Shown: piece after piece, positions 49,041-58,886 of the stretch | Position numbering within the stretch: the first letter of the stretch is position 1 | How the letters are laid out: each line of letters opens with the position of its first letter | Assembly (NCBI GenBank): GCA_038204425.1 | Contig: JBBRCZ010000011.1 | Span: 1 to 64,000, forward strand | Length of the DNA stretch: 64,000 nucleotides | DNA from: Spirochaetia bacterium | GTDB taxonomy: Bacteria; Spirochaetota; Spirochaetia; DSM-27196; Salinispiraceae | Direction of reading: 5' to 3' | Translations under genes and position numbers: made by a program | Notes under the pieces: generated by a model | Told to the model about the DNA's origin: nothing | Database searches by the model: none | What the model saw: only the letters and a program-made list of their open reading frames with translations

Positions 49041-49446
49041 CCTAGTGCAACGATAGGTACGCCTAATAGTACCAATGCAAACTTGAGTAGCTTGATTGTA
49101 AGTTGAGACACTTTGAGCCCGGCATTTTAAATGCTGTCGTAAATCCTAGCGGTAACGGCGCAGGATGGAAGCACGGTTAAGAACTACGTGGGGACGGTAA
49201 ATCGTTTTGGAGCGGACTATTCTTCCGCCACCATTGGTACTTTAAAGTACGTCCCCGCCGGCACCTTGCAGTGTGACGACACAGCTACCAGACCAGCACG
49301 GTAGGTGCCTTCCAGATGAGTGAGAAAGAAATAATCCGCTCACAGTTTATGGCTATGCTGACCCTGTGCAGAACGTTAATTGGTACCACGTCTTATGCGG
49401 CGGCAGCCGGGTCACCAGTCTCGGTTTCCGGGTTGTCCGCAACTAA
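49041..49446 (+). pseudogene. Collapsed cadherin-like beta-sandwich + FGE-sulfatase (C-type-lectin fold) gene remnant
   Basis: In order across stops and frameshifts: STNANLSSLIVS*DTLSPAF*, VTAQDGSTVKNY.GTVNR, IGTLKYVPAGT, AFQMSEKEI, DPVQNVNWYH, VLCGGS, LGFRVVRN*. Confidence 0.75.
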
Positions 49447-49496
49447 TGCTCGCTATCGGCTGGCGGCTTACGACCCGACAAACTATACTATTTAGT

Positions 49497-50606
49497 ATGA
49501 GAAAACTAAGGTTTACTAGGTCAGTCGGGCTGCTAGTCTTGTTTGTGAGTCTGACTGCACCCACTTGGAGTAGCGGTTTAAGTACCGAAGGTTTTGACGA
49601 GATAGAAAAACGGGTAGCAAGCCTCAAGCGACCACGGTCGACCACTGAGCTGGTACAGAGCATAGCCAGTCTGGCTCAGACTGAGGCGCAAAGGGCATTT
49701 GCGGCCTATGTATGGGTGGCTCGCAATGTTGACTATGACGTCGATGCTTTTTTTGGGGGTGGGGGTTCTGCCAGCGAGGCCGATGACGTATTTAGAACCG
49801 GCAAGTCGGTCTGCCAAGGTTACTCTGAGCTCTACAAAAGCTTGCTCGAGAAGCTTGGCATAGAAGCTGTCTTGATCACTGGTTATTCCAAAGCCTTTGG
49901 CTACCAAGCCGGCAAACGCCTTACCAATACCGACCACGCTTGGAACGCCTTTAAGGTGGATGGTAATTGGTACTTGGCTGAGACAACTTGGGCAGCTGGT
50001 CACGTAAGTGGAAGTCGTTTTGTTAGTGACTATACCAGGTTTTGGTTTGCAACATCGCCGGAAATTTTTGCTTACAATCATCAACCGCAAGACTCGGCTT
50101 GGTTGCTTACTTCCAAAAAACGCACGCTACGGGAATATGAACAAGAAAAATATGTAGAAACCTATGTGCTCAAGTCTCTATTTGAAGCAGGTTATTCGCC
50201 CCAAGAACAAGCTCAAGTGTTGGCACATGCGCCCTTGCCACAGTACTTCCACCAGTATGCTCAATCGTTTAAAGCCATTGGTGGCGACGTTGGCGTTCTT
50301 GCTCGATGGTTGGAGCAAAAGGCAGTACCAACTATTTGGTCGTATGAAGGTCAGTCAATTACACTGCTGGAATACCCACAACAGAGTCCCTTGCGCATTG
50401 GTCAAAGTTATCGCTTTTCTATGAAGATTCTCAACTGCACGGCAGCCGCTGTCATTAGCGGCGGGGAGTTCTCCTTCCTCAAACGCGAAGGTGACGTCTT
50501 TAGTGGCGAGGTAAAGGTTAAGAACGGAGAATTGCGCTTGTCGGCTCAGATTACCAACAAAGGGCAACAATCTTACTGGCCGGTACTGGTCTATCAAAGC
50601 CGCTGA
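49497..50606 (+). CDS. Exported transglutaminase-like (Cys-His) protease
   Basis: Signal peptide from ATG 49497; WVARNVDYD, VCQGYSELY, HAWNA, LAETTW (Glu at the usual Asp position). Confidence 0.82.
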   Translation: MRKLRFTRSVGLLVLFVSLTAPTWSSGLSTEGFDEIEKRVASLKRPRSTTELVQSIASLAQTEAQRAFAAYVWVARNVDYDVDAFFGGGGSASEADDVFRTGKSVCQGYSELYKSLLEKLGIEAVLITGYSKAFGYQAGKRLTNTDHAWNAFKVDGNWYLAETTWAAGHVSGSRFVSDYTRFWFATSPEIFAYNHQPQDSAWLLTSKKRTLREYEQEKYVETYVLKSLFEAGYSPQEQAQVLAHAPLPQYFHQYAQSFKAIGGDVGVLARWLEQKAVPTIWSYEGQSITLLEYPQQSPLRIGQSYRFSMKILNCTAAAVISGGEFSFLKREGDVFSGEVKVKNGELRLSAQITNKGQQSYWPVLVYQSR

Positions 50607-50788
50607 TCGCCTGCACAAGGAAGGCACAATTCAAACGATTTGGAGCAGTGCTTAGGATGGTGGCTGAAGATTCTCTGGTGGACTCCTGATTGCAAGCATC
50701 AAGGCAGACTCCATCAATCCGGATCTTGGTCAGTGCAGGTCTTGATATTTATTCTGATAGCGGCTGCTCGACGTAATGACGGGGATTA

Positions 50789-51190
50789 CTAGGGATTTTT
50801 GAGTTTCTGACGATGAAGTTTCAAGAATACATTAACTTTATTTTTTAGAATTGCGGGATCAAGTGGTTTTTGCACATAATCGACTGCACTACTTTCTAGG
50901 CCACTAAAAAAATAGTTTTTGTCTTTTTCACCAGCAGTAATGAAGATGATTGGAATATTCTTTGTTTTATTAGTTCCATGCATAAATTTAGCGAGCTCAA
51001 AACCGGTCATTTCAGGCATTTGAACATCCAGCAGGGCTAGGGAGAAATCCTGGTTTAACATCAGATCAAGCGCTTCATTGCCAGACATTGCTTGCGAAAT
51101 ATTAACCTCATCACTTGCTAATAATGCATTTAAGGCAATAAGATTATGTATAACATCATCGACAATCAGAATTTGAAATCTGTCTTTCAA
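50789..51190 (-). CDS. Response regulator receiver protein (possibly a truncated REC-kinase)
   Basis: ILIVDD, LLDVQMPEMTG, PIIFITA, AVDYVQKP; TTG start just after the cheR stop. Confidence 0.8.
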   Translation of the reverse strand: MKDRFQILIVDDVIHNLIALNALLASDEVNISQAMSGNEALDLMLNQDFSLALLDVQMPEMTGFELAKFMHGTNKTKNIPIIFITAGEKDKNYFFSGLESSAVDYVQKPLDPAILKNKVNVFLKLHRQKLKNP

Positions 51191-51194
51191 TATA

Positions 51195-52064
51195 TCAAGC
51201 CCTTTGATCTTTTGAATTTTGTTTTGCAGAATAATTATCATTCTTTTGAAAAATCTGATCACCTCGGGAAAAATAATCAAAATTTTTGGCGTAATGTGAA
51301 AATTGAATTGTTTCTTTGTGGCCTAAACCCAGGAAACCTTTTCTGCAAAGTGACTCATGGAATAGTCCAAGCGCTCTGTTTCGAAGCTCAAGATCAAAGT
51401 AAATAAGAACATTTCGGCACGAAATGAAGTGGGTTTCTGAAAATACAGCATCGCTAACTAAGCTATGATTTGCGAAGGTGACTTTTTTCTTCAGCATGCC
51501 GTCGAAGATTACCGAATGCAAATTGGCTGTGTAGTAATCTGATAACGCACATTTTCCGCCGGATGATAGGTAGCTGCTGTTGTACTTCTCAATATCTTTT
51601 AAGCTAAAGATACCTTTTTCCGCTTTCTCAATACTTCTTGAATTTATATCCGTTGCGTAAATTAACGTGCGAGCGAGTAGACCTTCTTCTTTTAGAAGTA
51701 TAGCAAGTGAATAAACCTCTTCGCCCGTGCTACATCCGGCGACCCAGATCTTAACTGAGGGATAAGTTTTTAGAATGGGTATTACCTTTTCACGAAGTGC
51801 TAAGTAATAACTGGTATCCCGAAACATCTCACTGACGGGGATGGTAAGAAATTGCAGCAAATCGTGGAAGGAATTTGAATCATGAATGACTTTTTCGTGA
51901 AGAGATGTCAGCGTCAGGTGACCCATACGATCCATCGCTTGCACTAGCCTTCGCTTCATTGAAGCGGGGGAGTAATGACGAAAATCGTAGTTGTATTTGC
52001 AATTAATCTGCTCGAGTAGGAGCTTAAAATCAAGCTCAAATTCAGGATTATGAATTCGATCCAT
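51195..52064 (-). CDS. CheR-type protein-glutamate O-methyltransferase
   Basis: YDFRHY, VSEMFRD, IWVAGCSTGEEVYS, ATDI, SCRNVLIYF, GFLGLGHKE. Confidence 0.92.
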   Translation of the reverse strand: MDRIHNPEFELDFKLLLEQINCKYNYDFRHYSPASMKRRLVQAMDRMGHLTLTSLHEKVIHDSNSFHDLLQFLTIPVSEMFRDTSYYLALREKVIPILKTYPSVKIWVAGCSTGEEVYSLAILLKEEGLLARTLIYATDINSRSIEKAEKGIFSLKDIEKYNSSYLSSGGKCALSDYYTANLHSVIFDGMLKKKVTFANHSLVSDAVFSETHFISCRNVLIYFDLELRNRALGLFHESLCRKGFLGLGHKETIQFSHYAKNFDYFSRGDQIFQKNDNYSAKQNSKDQRA

Positions 52065-52069
52065 GGCCC

Positions 52070-55000
52070 CTATTCCTTCCCTAACTCTGGCATCCATATT
52101 CGAAGGAGCGAGAAAAGATTATGGAGATCAATGGGTTTGGCTAGGTAATCACTGGCGCCTGCTTCCATGCAAAGGATCTGATCTTTTGTACTGGCTCTAG
52201 CGGTGACAGCAATAATAGGAAGTTTGGCAAATCGTTTTTGTTTTCGAATCTCGCGGGTGGCCTGAAAGCCATCCATCTCGGGCATCATAATATCCATTAG
52301 GACAATGTCCATTAGAGGTTCTGCTTCCAGGCATGCCAGCGCTTCTCTGCCGTTTTTCGCCATCAAAACGTAAGCACCTTTTTGTTCTAAAGCGGCCGTT
52401 AATGCAAAGAGGTTCCTGACGTCGTCATCGACGACGAGGATTTTCTTACCTTTATACACATCTTGGCGACTTCGCTCAGTTTTTAAGATCTGCCTTCTTT
52501 CAGGAGTGAGTTTAGCATCAACCTGATGAAGAAAAAGGCTGACTTCATCGAGAAGTCTTTCGGGTGATCGGGCGCCTTTAATGATAATCGAACGAGAATA
52601 TTTCCTCAGGTGGTCTTCTTCATTGAGTGAAAGTGAACGGCCAGTATAAACAATGACTGGCGGGAGCGATGAGATATCTGCTTGTTCGTTCATTTCTTTT
52701 AGAAGTTGTTCACCGGACATATCGGGAAGCTTGAGATCAATAACGATACAGTCGTACGCGTTCTTTTTTAAGGCGTCCAGTGCCTCTCTTGCTAAGGCGA
52801 CGGAAGTTATCTCTAGGTCAGGACTAGCGATAAGTTTGACCATGCTATCTCTTTGAACCTGATCATCTTCAACAATCAAAACGCGTTTGATTCCTGGCGA
52901 TAGCTTGGATTCCAATTTAGCAAAAGCAGACCTGAGTTCTTCAAGATTGGAGGGCTTATGAACGTATCCAATCGCTCCCATCCGTAGAGCCTTTACCATA
53001 TAATCATAGCCTGAAACGATGAGGACAGGAATGTGTCTGGTGATGGTATTTTCTTTAAATTGATCGAGCACCATTAATCCTGAATGATCAGGAAGTTTAA
53101 TGTCGAGCAATACCGCATTTGGAAGAATCGTTTTGGCTAGCTCAAGCCCCTCTTTAGCGTCATGCGCGACCACGCACTTGTAGTAAAACTCATGGCCCAG
53201 ATCACAAAGTATTTGCGCAAACTTTGGATCATCTTCGATCACTAGAAGTGTCCGTCCATTTGAAGCTAAAATGTTTGGATCCTGTGAGACAGGCATGGTC
53301 TGAAGCTCTATTTCCTTGGTTGCCAAAATCGCCGAGTGTGATTCTGCAACGGTTAAAGGCAAGTGAAGAGTGAAGCGGCTGCCTATGCCTGGCGTGCTCT
53401 CAACTTCAATACTTCCACCTAACAGTTGGGCCAGATCTCGTGAGATGGAAAGCCCAAGGCCTGTGCCACCATATTTGCGGCTGCTCGTCCCATCGGCTTG
53501 ATGAAAGGCCTGAAAAATCAATTTTTGTTGACCTTTGGGAACCCCGATGCCGGTGTCGATCACTGCCATCGAAAGCCCTTGATTGGTGCCTCGGGACACA
53601 TGAAGTGTGACTTGACCTTGCTCAGTAAACTTAAATGCGTTTGAGAGCATATTCTTTAAAATTTGTTCAAGTCGTTGACGATCAGTAATGATCGTTTCAG
53701 GTACATCAGGGTCTAATTTGATTTCAAAGCGAAGTTTCTTTTGTTGGGACAATGCATCAAAGGTGTGCTCCAGGCCTTTTAAAACGTTGGGAAGGAATAC
53801 GTTTTCCGGTCTGATCTCCAGCATTCCGGCTTCCACCTTTGAGAGGTCCAGAATGTCATTGATAAGATTGAGCAGATCATTGCCGGCTGAATAGATGGAA
53901 TTTGCAAATTGAATCTGTTCCGGGGACAAGTTTCCTGTTGCATTGTCTGCCAGAAGCCTGGACAAAATTAATGAACTATTGAGTGGGGTTCGCAGTTCAT
54001 GAGACATATTGGCCAAAAACTCTGACTTGTATTGGCTTGCTTTAAGAACTTGATCTGATCTTTCTTCAAGTAGTGTTTGTGCCTCCTTGAGTGCATCATT
54101 ATTTTGTTCAAGTTCGGCGCGGGAATCCTGAAGAGATTGTGACTGTGCCTGAAGTTCCTCATTGGAGGCTCTCAATTCTTCCTGCTGTGCCTGAAGTTCT
54201 TCGTTAAAAGTTTGAGCCTCCTCAAGAAGATCTTGAATCTTGTTGCGATCTTTCCAAGTACGAACAGCAATTGCCACTCCCACAGAGGCTTTTTCTAACA
54301 GCTCAATCACTCGTGGTTCGGGAGCATTCAGAAATCCAAGTTCTATAACCGCCTTCACCGATTCTTCGACAGAAGCCGGTGCAATAACCAGTGCTCTTGG
54401 TATGGCCGCTCCCAGTGATGAGGTAATCTGAATGTAATTTTCCGGCAGATTTGCAACTTGAATCAAGCGATTTTCTGCCGCAGCTTGGCCCACAAGACCT
54501 TCATTCAGTTTGAGCTTAGAAGGTTTGGCCTCAGCTTCATTTGAAAAAGCGTGGGTCGAAACTCTTTGAAGAACTCCTTCCTCCTCTGAAACAACGTAAA
54601 AAGCGCCGACTTGAGCGCCAGTGTAGTAAGCCAGATGATCAATTATCCTAGAACTAAGTACCGAGAGGGAGACACTACCACGAGTAAGATCATTCAGCTT
54701 CGAGAGTCCTGAGCGATGCCAATCTTCTTGCAGGAGTGAGTTGTTAAGTTCTGTTTGTTTCTGAAGAGCAGCACCGAATAAACCCGAGAGGGATTTCAAT
54801 TGTCTGCGACTATAAAAGGCGATAGAAATAGCAGCTATTATACTGATTGAAAGTATGAGAAAAATGACAAGGCGAATGGTTTGATTATTTACTTGGGCCC
54901 GTTGATTTCGAATAGTTACTTTATGACGAATAAATTCCTGGAACAGGTTTCGCATCTCTTCCATGGGTTTTTTTCCGTCACCATCTAAAACACTTTTTAA

Positions 55001-55465
55001 ATAATCGTCGCGACCTTGACGCTTGGTTTCGATCACTTCTTGTGCGTAATTTTTCCAACTCTGATAAATGGACCTTATCTGAATCAATTGCTCAACTTGT
55101 TCTTGATCATTTTTTACTAGATCCTGAAGAATGTTGATTTCCTGATCTATGGTTCGGATAGATTTTATGTAGGGTTCTAAGAAATCATCCTTACCTGTAA
55201 GTAAAAAACCTCGCAGGCCTGTTTCAGAATCAAGCAGAACATTCACTGTCTCATGAGATTTAGAGATCACTATATCGGAGTGCTCAACCAAGCTGACCGT
55301 GTCCATGAGGTGAAGAATAAGACCAATGAAAATGACCGTCATGATGCTCATGAGTATTATAGGTAAACTGACACTGGTCTTGAGTATTCGATCAAAGATT
55401 TTTGAATTAACCGTAGCAGGGACATCTGGCGTCATCGGAAAGTCGGGCGTCGAAAAATTATCCAT
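52070..55465 (-). CDS. Hybrid sensor kinase CHASE3-GAF-HisKA-HATPase-3xREC
   Basis: DSETGLRGFLLTG...FLEPY (CHASE3), EGLVGQAA (GAF), EELQAQQEELRASNEEL, FLANMSHELRTPLN, GGTGLGL, three receiver domains. Confidence 0.93.
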   Translation of the reverse strand: MDNFSTPDFPMTPDVPATVNSKIFDRILKTSVSLPIILMSIMTVIFIGLILHLMDTVSLVEHSDIVISKSHETVNVLLDSETGLRGFLLTGKDDFLEPYIKSIRTIDQEINILQDLVKNDQEQVEQLIQIRSIYQSWKNYAQEVIETKRQGRDDYLKSVLDGDGKKPMEEMRNLFQEFIRHKVTIRNQRAQVNNQTIRLVIFLILSISIIAAISIAFYSRRQLKSLSGLFGAALQKQTELNNSLLQEDWHRSGLSKLNDLTRGSVSLSVLSSRIIDHLAYYTGAQVGAFYVVSEEEGVLQRVSTHAFSNEAEAKPSKLKLNEGLVGQAAAENRLIQVANLPENYIQITSSLGAAIPRALVIAPASVEESVKAVIELGFLNAPEPRVIELLEKASVGVAIAVRTWKDRNKIQDLLEEAQTFNEELQAQQEELRASNEELQAQSQSLQDSRAELEQNNDALKEAQTLLEERSDQVLKASQYKSEFLANMSHELRTPLNSSLILSRLLADNATGNLSPEQIQFANSIYSAGNDLLNLINDILDLSKVEAGMLEIRPENVFLPNVLKGLEHTFDALSQQKKLRFEIKLDPDVPETIITDRQRLEQILKNMLSNAFKFTEQGQVTLHVSRGTNQGLSMAVIDTGIGVPKGQQKLIFQAFHQADGTSSRKYGGTGLGLSISRDLAQLLGGSIEVESTPGIGSRFTLHLPLTVAESHSAILATKEIELQTMPVSQDPNILASNGRTLLVIEDDPKFAQILCDLGHEFYYKCVVAHDAKEGLELAKTILPNAVLLDIKLPDHSGLMVLDQFKENTITRHIPVLIVSGYDYMVKALRMGAIGYVHKPSNLEELRSAFAKLESKLSPGIKRVLIVEDDQVQRDSMVKLIASPDLEITSVALAREALDALKKNAYDCIVIDLKLPDMSGEQLLKEMNEQADISSLPPVIVYTGRSLSLNEEDHLRKYSRSIIIKGARSPERLLDEVSLFLHQVDAKLTPERRQILKTERSRQDVYKGKKILVVDDDVRNLFALTAALEQKGAYVLMAKNGREALACLEAEPLMDIVLMDIMMPEMDGFQATREIRKQKRFAKLPIIAVTARASTKDQILCMEAGASDYLAKPIDLHNLFSLLRIWMPELGKE

Positions 55466-55739
55466 TCTTTTAGCCTATCACACTAAGTTGTTATAATCCA
55501 ATTTTACTGTCTTTTATCGTCAAAAACTCTTATTTATGTTTTAATCAGGCCAAGTTAGAGATTTTTAAGGGTTTTGAGTTTGTTGACCAGCTGGTTTGGC
55601 GATATGGCGTATACGCTGAAAAATCCGTAGGCAGTGGCAGTTGCCTCCAACTAATAGATTAGATTGAATTCGAATTGGTAAAACGTCCTTACAATCGGCA
55701 TAGCGGCAACAATCTATTATAGTGATGCCCGTCAAAATA

Positions 55740-58064
55740 TTACGGGCACCTACCGAATTGACGCTCTGGCAGCCAATCTGCCCGCACCTGCCTTGCCGCC
55801 TCCACCATGTTAATAAGTGCCGGTTCCACCTCGGCCCACGAACGGGTTTTTAGACCACAATCAGGGTTTACCCACACTTGATTGGCGTTCAAAACACCAA
55901 GGGCTTTGCGCAACAGTCCGGTCATTTCTTCCACGCTTGGCGTACGCGGGCTGTGGATGTCGTATAGGCCTGGCCCAATCTCAGCGGTGTAGGCGTGTTG
56001 GGCAAATGTATCCAACAACTCCATGTCTGAGCGGGAAGTTTCAAAGGAAATGACGTCCGCGTCCAAACTGGCAATTGCGTCGATGATGTCGCTAAACTCG
56101 GCGTAGCACATATGCGTGTGTATTTGGGTCGCATCCTGTACCGACGCGGCGCTGAGTCGAAACGCCTTAGTCGACCACGCAAGATAGGCAGGCCACTCGG
56201 ACGCGCGCAGTGGTAGTCCTTCGCGCAAGGCGGGCTCATCAATCTGAATGATGCGAATTCCCGCTTTTTCAAGATCTAGCACCTCATCGTGGAGGGCGAG
56301 CGCAATTTGAGCACAGGTTTGCGAGCGCGGTTGGTCGTCGCGCACAAAACTCCATTGCAATATGGTGACCGGCCCCGTCAACATGCCCTTTACCAGCCGT
56401 GTTGTGAGACTTTGCGCATAAGCTGACCATTCCACAGTCATGGCCGATCTGCGTTCCACATCACCAAAAATGATAGGCGGTTTTACACATCGAGAACCGT
56501 AGCTTTGCACCCAGCCGTTTTGGGTAAAGGCGAAGCCGGAGAGCTGCTCGCCAAAATACTCGACCATGTCGGTACGCTCATATTCGCCGTGTACCAAAAC
56601 ATCCAGTCCAACCTTTTCTTGCCACCGAATGAGCTCGGCAGTTCTTGCGCGCAAACTTGTTTCGTAGTCGTGTGCGGAGATAGTGCCATTTTTGAAATGC
56701 GCACGAAGCGCTCGGATGTCGGCAGTCTGCGGAAACGAGCCGATGGTCGTTGTTGGTAGCACCGGCAATTGCAAAGCCTTTTGTTGAATAAGCCGCCGCT
56801 GCGCAAATGGTGTGGGGCGCGTTCCTTCGCCAGCAGCTACTGACCTTAAGCGCTGCTGCACCGCCGGTTTGCTTCGTTTTTCCGACCTTCGGCGACTGGC
56901 AAGATCGCGCTGATTTTGGTCAAAAGCTGACTGGACAGTAGCGCGTCCGTCGTTCGCTGCTTGTGTAAGGATTGCAATTTCTCCCAGTTTTTGAGCAGCA
57001 AATGCCAACCAAGATTTAAGCTCGGCATCCAGTTTAGTTTCCGCAGCCAAATCCACCGGACTGTGCAACAACGAACAGCTCGACGCGACGATAAGCCTCT
57101 GCGAACCGCGTGCTGCTATAACTTTTTCCACCAAACCCAAGCTGGCGTCCAGGTCATTTTTCCAAATATTGCGACCATCGACGACTCCGATAGAAAGCCA
57201 TCTGTCCTTGGGCCACAAGGTCAAAACATCGTCCAATTGTCCCGGCGCGCGGGCGAGGTCGATGTGTAATCCAGCAACGGGCAGTGCAACAATGGTTTCT
57301 AGATTGCTTCCTAGCCAGCCAAAGTACGTGGTCAAAAGTAAGTGTATTTCTGGGACCATGGCCAAACCGTTGTACGCACTTCGGTAAGCCACAAGTGCGT
57401 CCTGGTCGAGGTCGAGCACTAGGCAGGGCTCATCGATCTGAACCCAGTCCGCACCAGCGTCTTTGAGGCGCGTCAAGATTTCCACATAAACTGGAATCAA
57501 CGAAGCGAGTAGGGCGAGTGGTTTGTCGTTCGAGTCCTTCGATTTTCCCAAGAGTAGGTACGAGACCGGACCAAGCAGGACGGGGCGGGTGTGTATTTTT
57601 AGGGCTTTTGCTTCGAGAAACTCATCCACAATTTTTGCTGAGGACAGCGCAAACTGTTGGTCTTTTTCAAACTCGGGCACCAAGTAGTGGTAGTTGGTGT
57701 CAAACCACTTAGTCATTTCCAAGGCCACTACGTCCGTCGTGTCGCTCTGGCGGCCACGACCCATTGCAAAGTAGGCATCTAGAGGACTAATCTGCTTTGC
57801 AAATTGGTAACGTGCAGGAATTGCGCCTAGCAAAACGCTGGTGTCCAGTACATGGTCGTACAGAGAAAAATCGTTGCTGGGAATGTGGTCTATTCCGGCA
57901 TCGGCCTGTAATCGCCAATTGCGAGCACGTAAGTCTTTGGCTTGCTCTTGCAGCGTTTCGGCGTCAATTTCCTTTTTCCAATAGGCTTCCAGCGCTTTTT
58001 TTAGTTGGCGGTTGGCGCCAATTCGGGGAAACCCCAAAACCGCGGATTGTACTTTGTTGCTCAT
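55740..58064 (-). CDS. metE: Cobalamin-independent methionine synthase
   Basis: LGFPRIG, EMTKWFDTNYHY, PTTTIGSFPQT, HGEYERTDMVEYF, WVQSYGSRCVKPP, HTHMCY, WVNPDCGLKTR. Confidence 0.97.
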   Translation of the reverse strand: MSNKVQSAVLGFPRIGANRQLKKALEAYWKKEIDAETLQEQAKDLRARNWRLQADAGIDHIPSNDFSLYDHVLDTSVLLGAIPARYQFAKQISPLDAYFAMGRGRQSDTTDVVALEMTKWFDTNYHYLVPEFEKDQQFALSSAKIVDEFLEAKALKIHTRPVLLGPVSYLLLGKSKDSNDKPLALLASLIPVYVEILTRLKDAGADWVQIDEPCLVLDLDQDALVAYRSAYNGLAMVPEIHLLLTTYFGWLGSNLETIVALPVAGLHIDLARAPGQLDDVLTLWPKDRWLSIGVVDGRNIWKNDLDASLGLVEKVIAARGSQRLIVASSCSLLHSPVDLAAETKLDAELKSWLAFAAQKLGEIAILTQAANDGRATVQSAFDQNQRDLASRRRSEKRSKPAVQQRLRSVAAGEGTRPTPFAQRRLIQQKALQLPVLPTTTIGSFPQTADIRALRAHFKNGTISAHDYETSLRARTAELIRWQEKVGLDVLVHGEYERTDMVEYFGEQLSGFAFTQNGWVQSYGSRCVKPPIIFGDVERRSAMTVEWSAYAQSLTTRLVKGMLTGPVTILQWSFVRDDQPRSQTCAQIALALHDEVLDLEKAGIRIIQIDEPALREGLPLRASEWPAYLAWSTKAFRLSAASVQDATQIHTHMCYAEFSDIIDAIASLDADVISFETSRSDMELLDTFAQHAYTAEIGPGLYDIHSPRTPSVEEMTGLLRKALGVLNANQVWVNPDCGLKTRSWAEVEPALINMVEAARQVRADWLPERQFGRCP

Positions 58065-58081
58065 TTATTACCCCTGCACTT

Positions 58082-58126
58082 AATGTATCGGTAAATCATG
58101 ATATACCGATACATTTTTTGTTACAA
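58082..58126 (-). promoter_or_regulatory. Putative metE promoter overlapped by a 34-bp palindrome (candidate operator)
   Basis: Minus strand TTGTAA(58126-58121)-17-TATCAT(58103-58098); AATGTATCGGTA/TACCGATACATT perfect 12-bp arms at 58082-58115. Confidence 0.6.
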
Positions 58127-58204
58127 GATAAAAACCAAACTTTCTTTCGGTAGTAAGCCGAAATTTTTTTTGAGATTGGCACCTTATCTATAGTGTTGTA
58201 TTTT

Positions 58205-58362
58205 TAATTCAACGCTATAAGTAGCGGTTTATTACAGGGAAGCAGGTTGAAATCCTGCACGGTGCCGCCGTCGTATGGGGGAGGTTGCTGCGTAATGCCA
58301 CTGGAATTAGTTCTGGGAAGGCGCAGGTCAACCATTGATCCCCAAGTCGGAATATCTGAATA
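58205..58362 (+). ncRNA. Cobalamin (AdoCbl) riboswitch
   Basis: AGGGAA-GCAGG-TTGAAA-TCCTGC, CGGTGCCGCC, GCCACTG(58297), GGGAAGG(58315), AAGTCGGAATATCTG: B12-element order on the plus strand. Confidence 0.85.
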
Positions 58363-58886
58363 AGCCACAACATAGCCTCTTTTGCGAGCACAAAAGGGCT
58401 GGTTCGCTGTAGCCAAGGCCTATATTTTGTACCTAACCGAGCATAAGCGCCTGAGGCCGGCGTCGCTTTTTTTCGCAGCGGTTAAAACTTTTTTGAGACG
58501 CGGGTTACTGATTATCGAAGTGCAGGGGATTTATCGTGGCATTAAGCATCAAGAAGGCCGTTTAAGCCTGTGGCGGCACAAATTTTTAACACGTAAAAGT
58601 ACGTACTCAACAAGTAGTGACGCATCTTAGGCGGGGCGGGAGTAAGCATGGCCAAGGTTGAAGCACTGCATTTCCGGTGTCGATTGCTAGCCATTGATCC
58701 AAGCCCAGCTCGACAAGGTTTTGTCCGGGGTTAAATCGACATCCATCCAGCTCCCATAGTAGGCGTGGCCAGCTTTTTTATAGAAAGAACTCGGTGTGCC
58801 TCTACAGTTGGCCATTACTGATGGAGCAAGTAGTAAATCACACTGGTGCTTGTTTAAAACTCATACAAGCAATGAAGCCCTATAGT

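Noticed and set aside
44655..49446. Complete diversity-generating retroelement
   Set aside because: No reverse transcriptase and no TR/VR pair differing at adenines in the window.
49380..49496. N-terminal extension of the transglutaminase-like ORF
   Set aside because: It overlaps the FGE remnant; the signal peptide starts at ATG 49497.
50607..50788. Possible gene remnant (...LDIYSDSGCST*)
   Set aside because: Too short to assign to any family.
58065..58200. SAM riboswitch in the metE leader
   Set aside because: No SAM-I/II core on the minus strand, and the predicted leader is very short.
58382..58870. 82-aa plus-strand ORF and a 42-aa minus-strand ORF downstream of the riboswitch
   Set aside because: The first starts inside a hairpin without an RBS; neither shows recognisable motifs.
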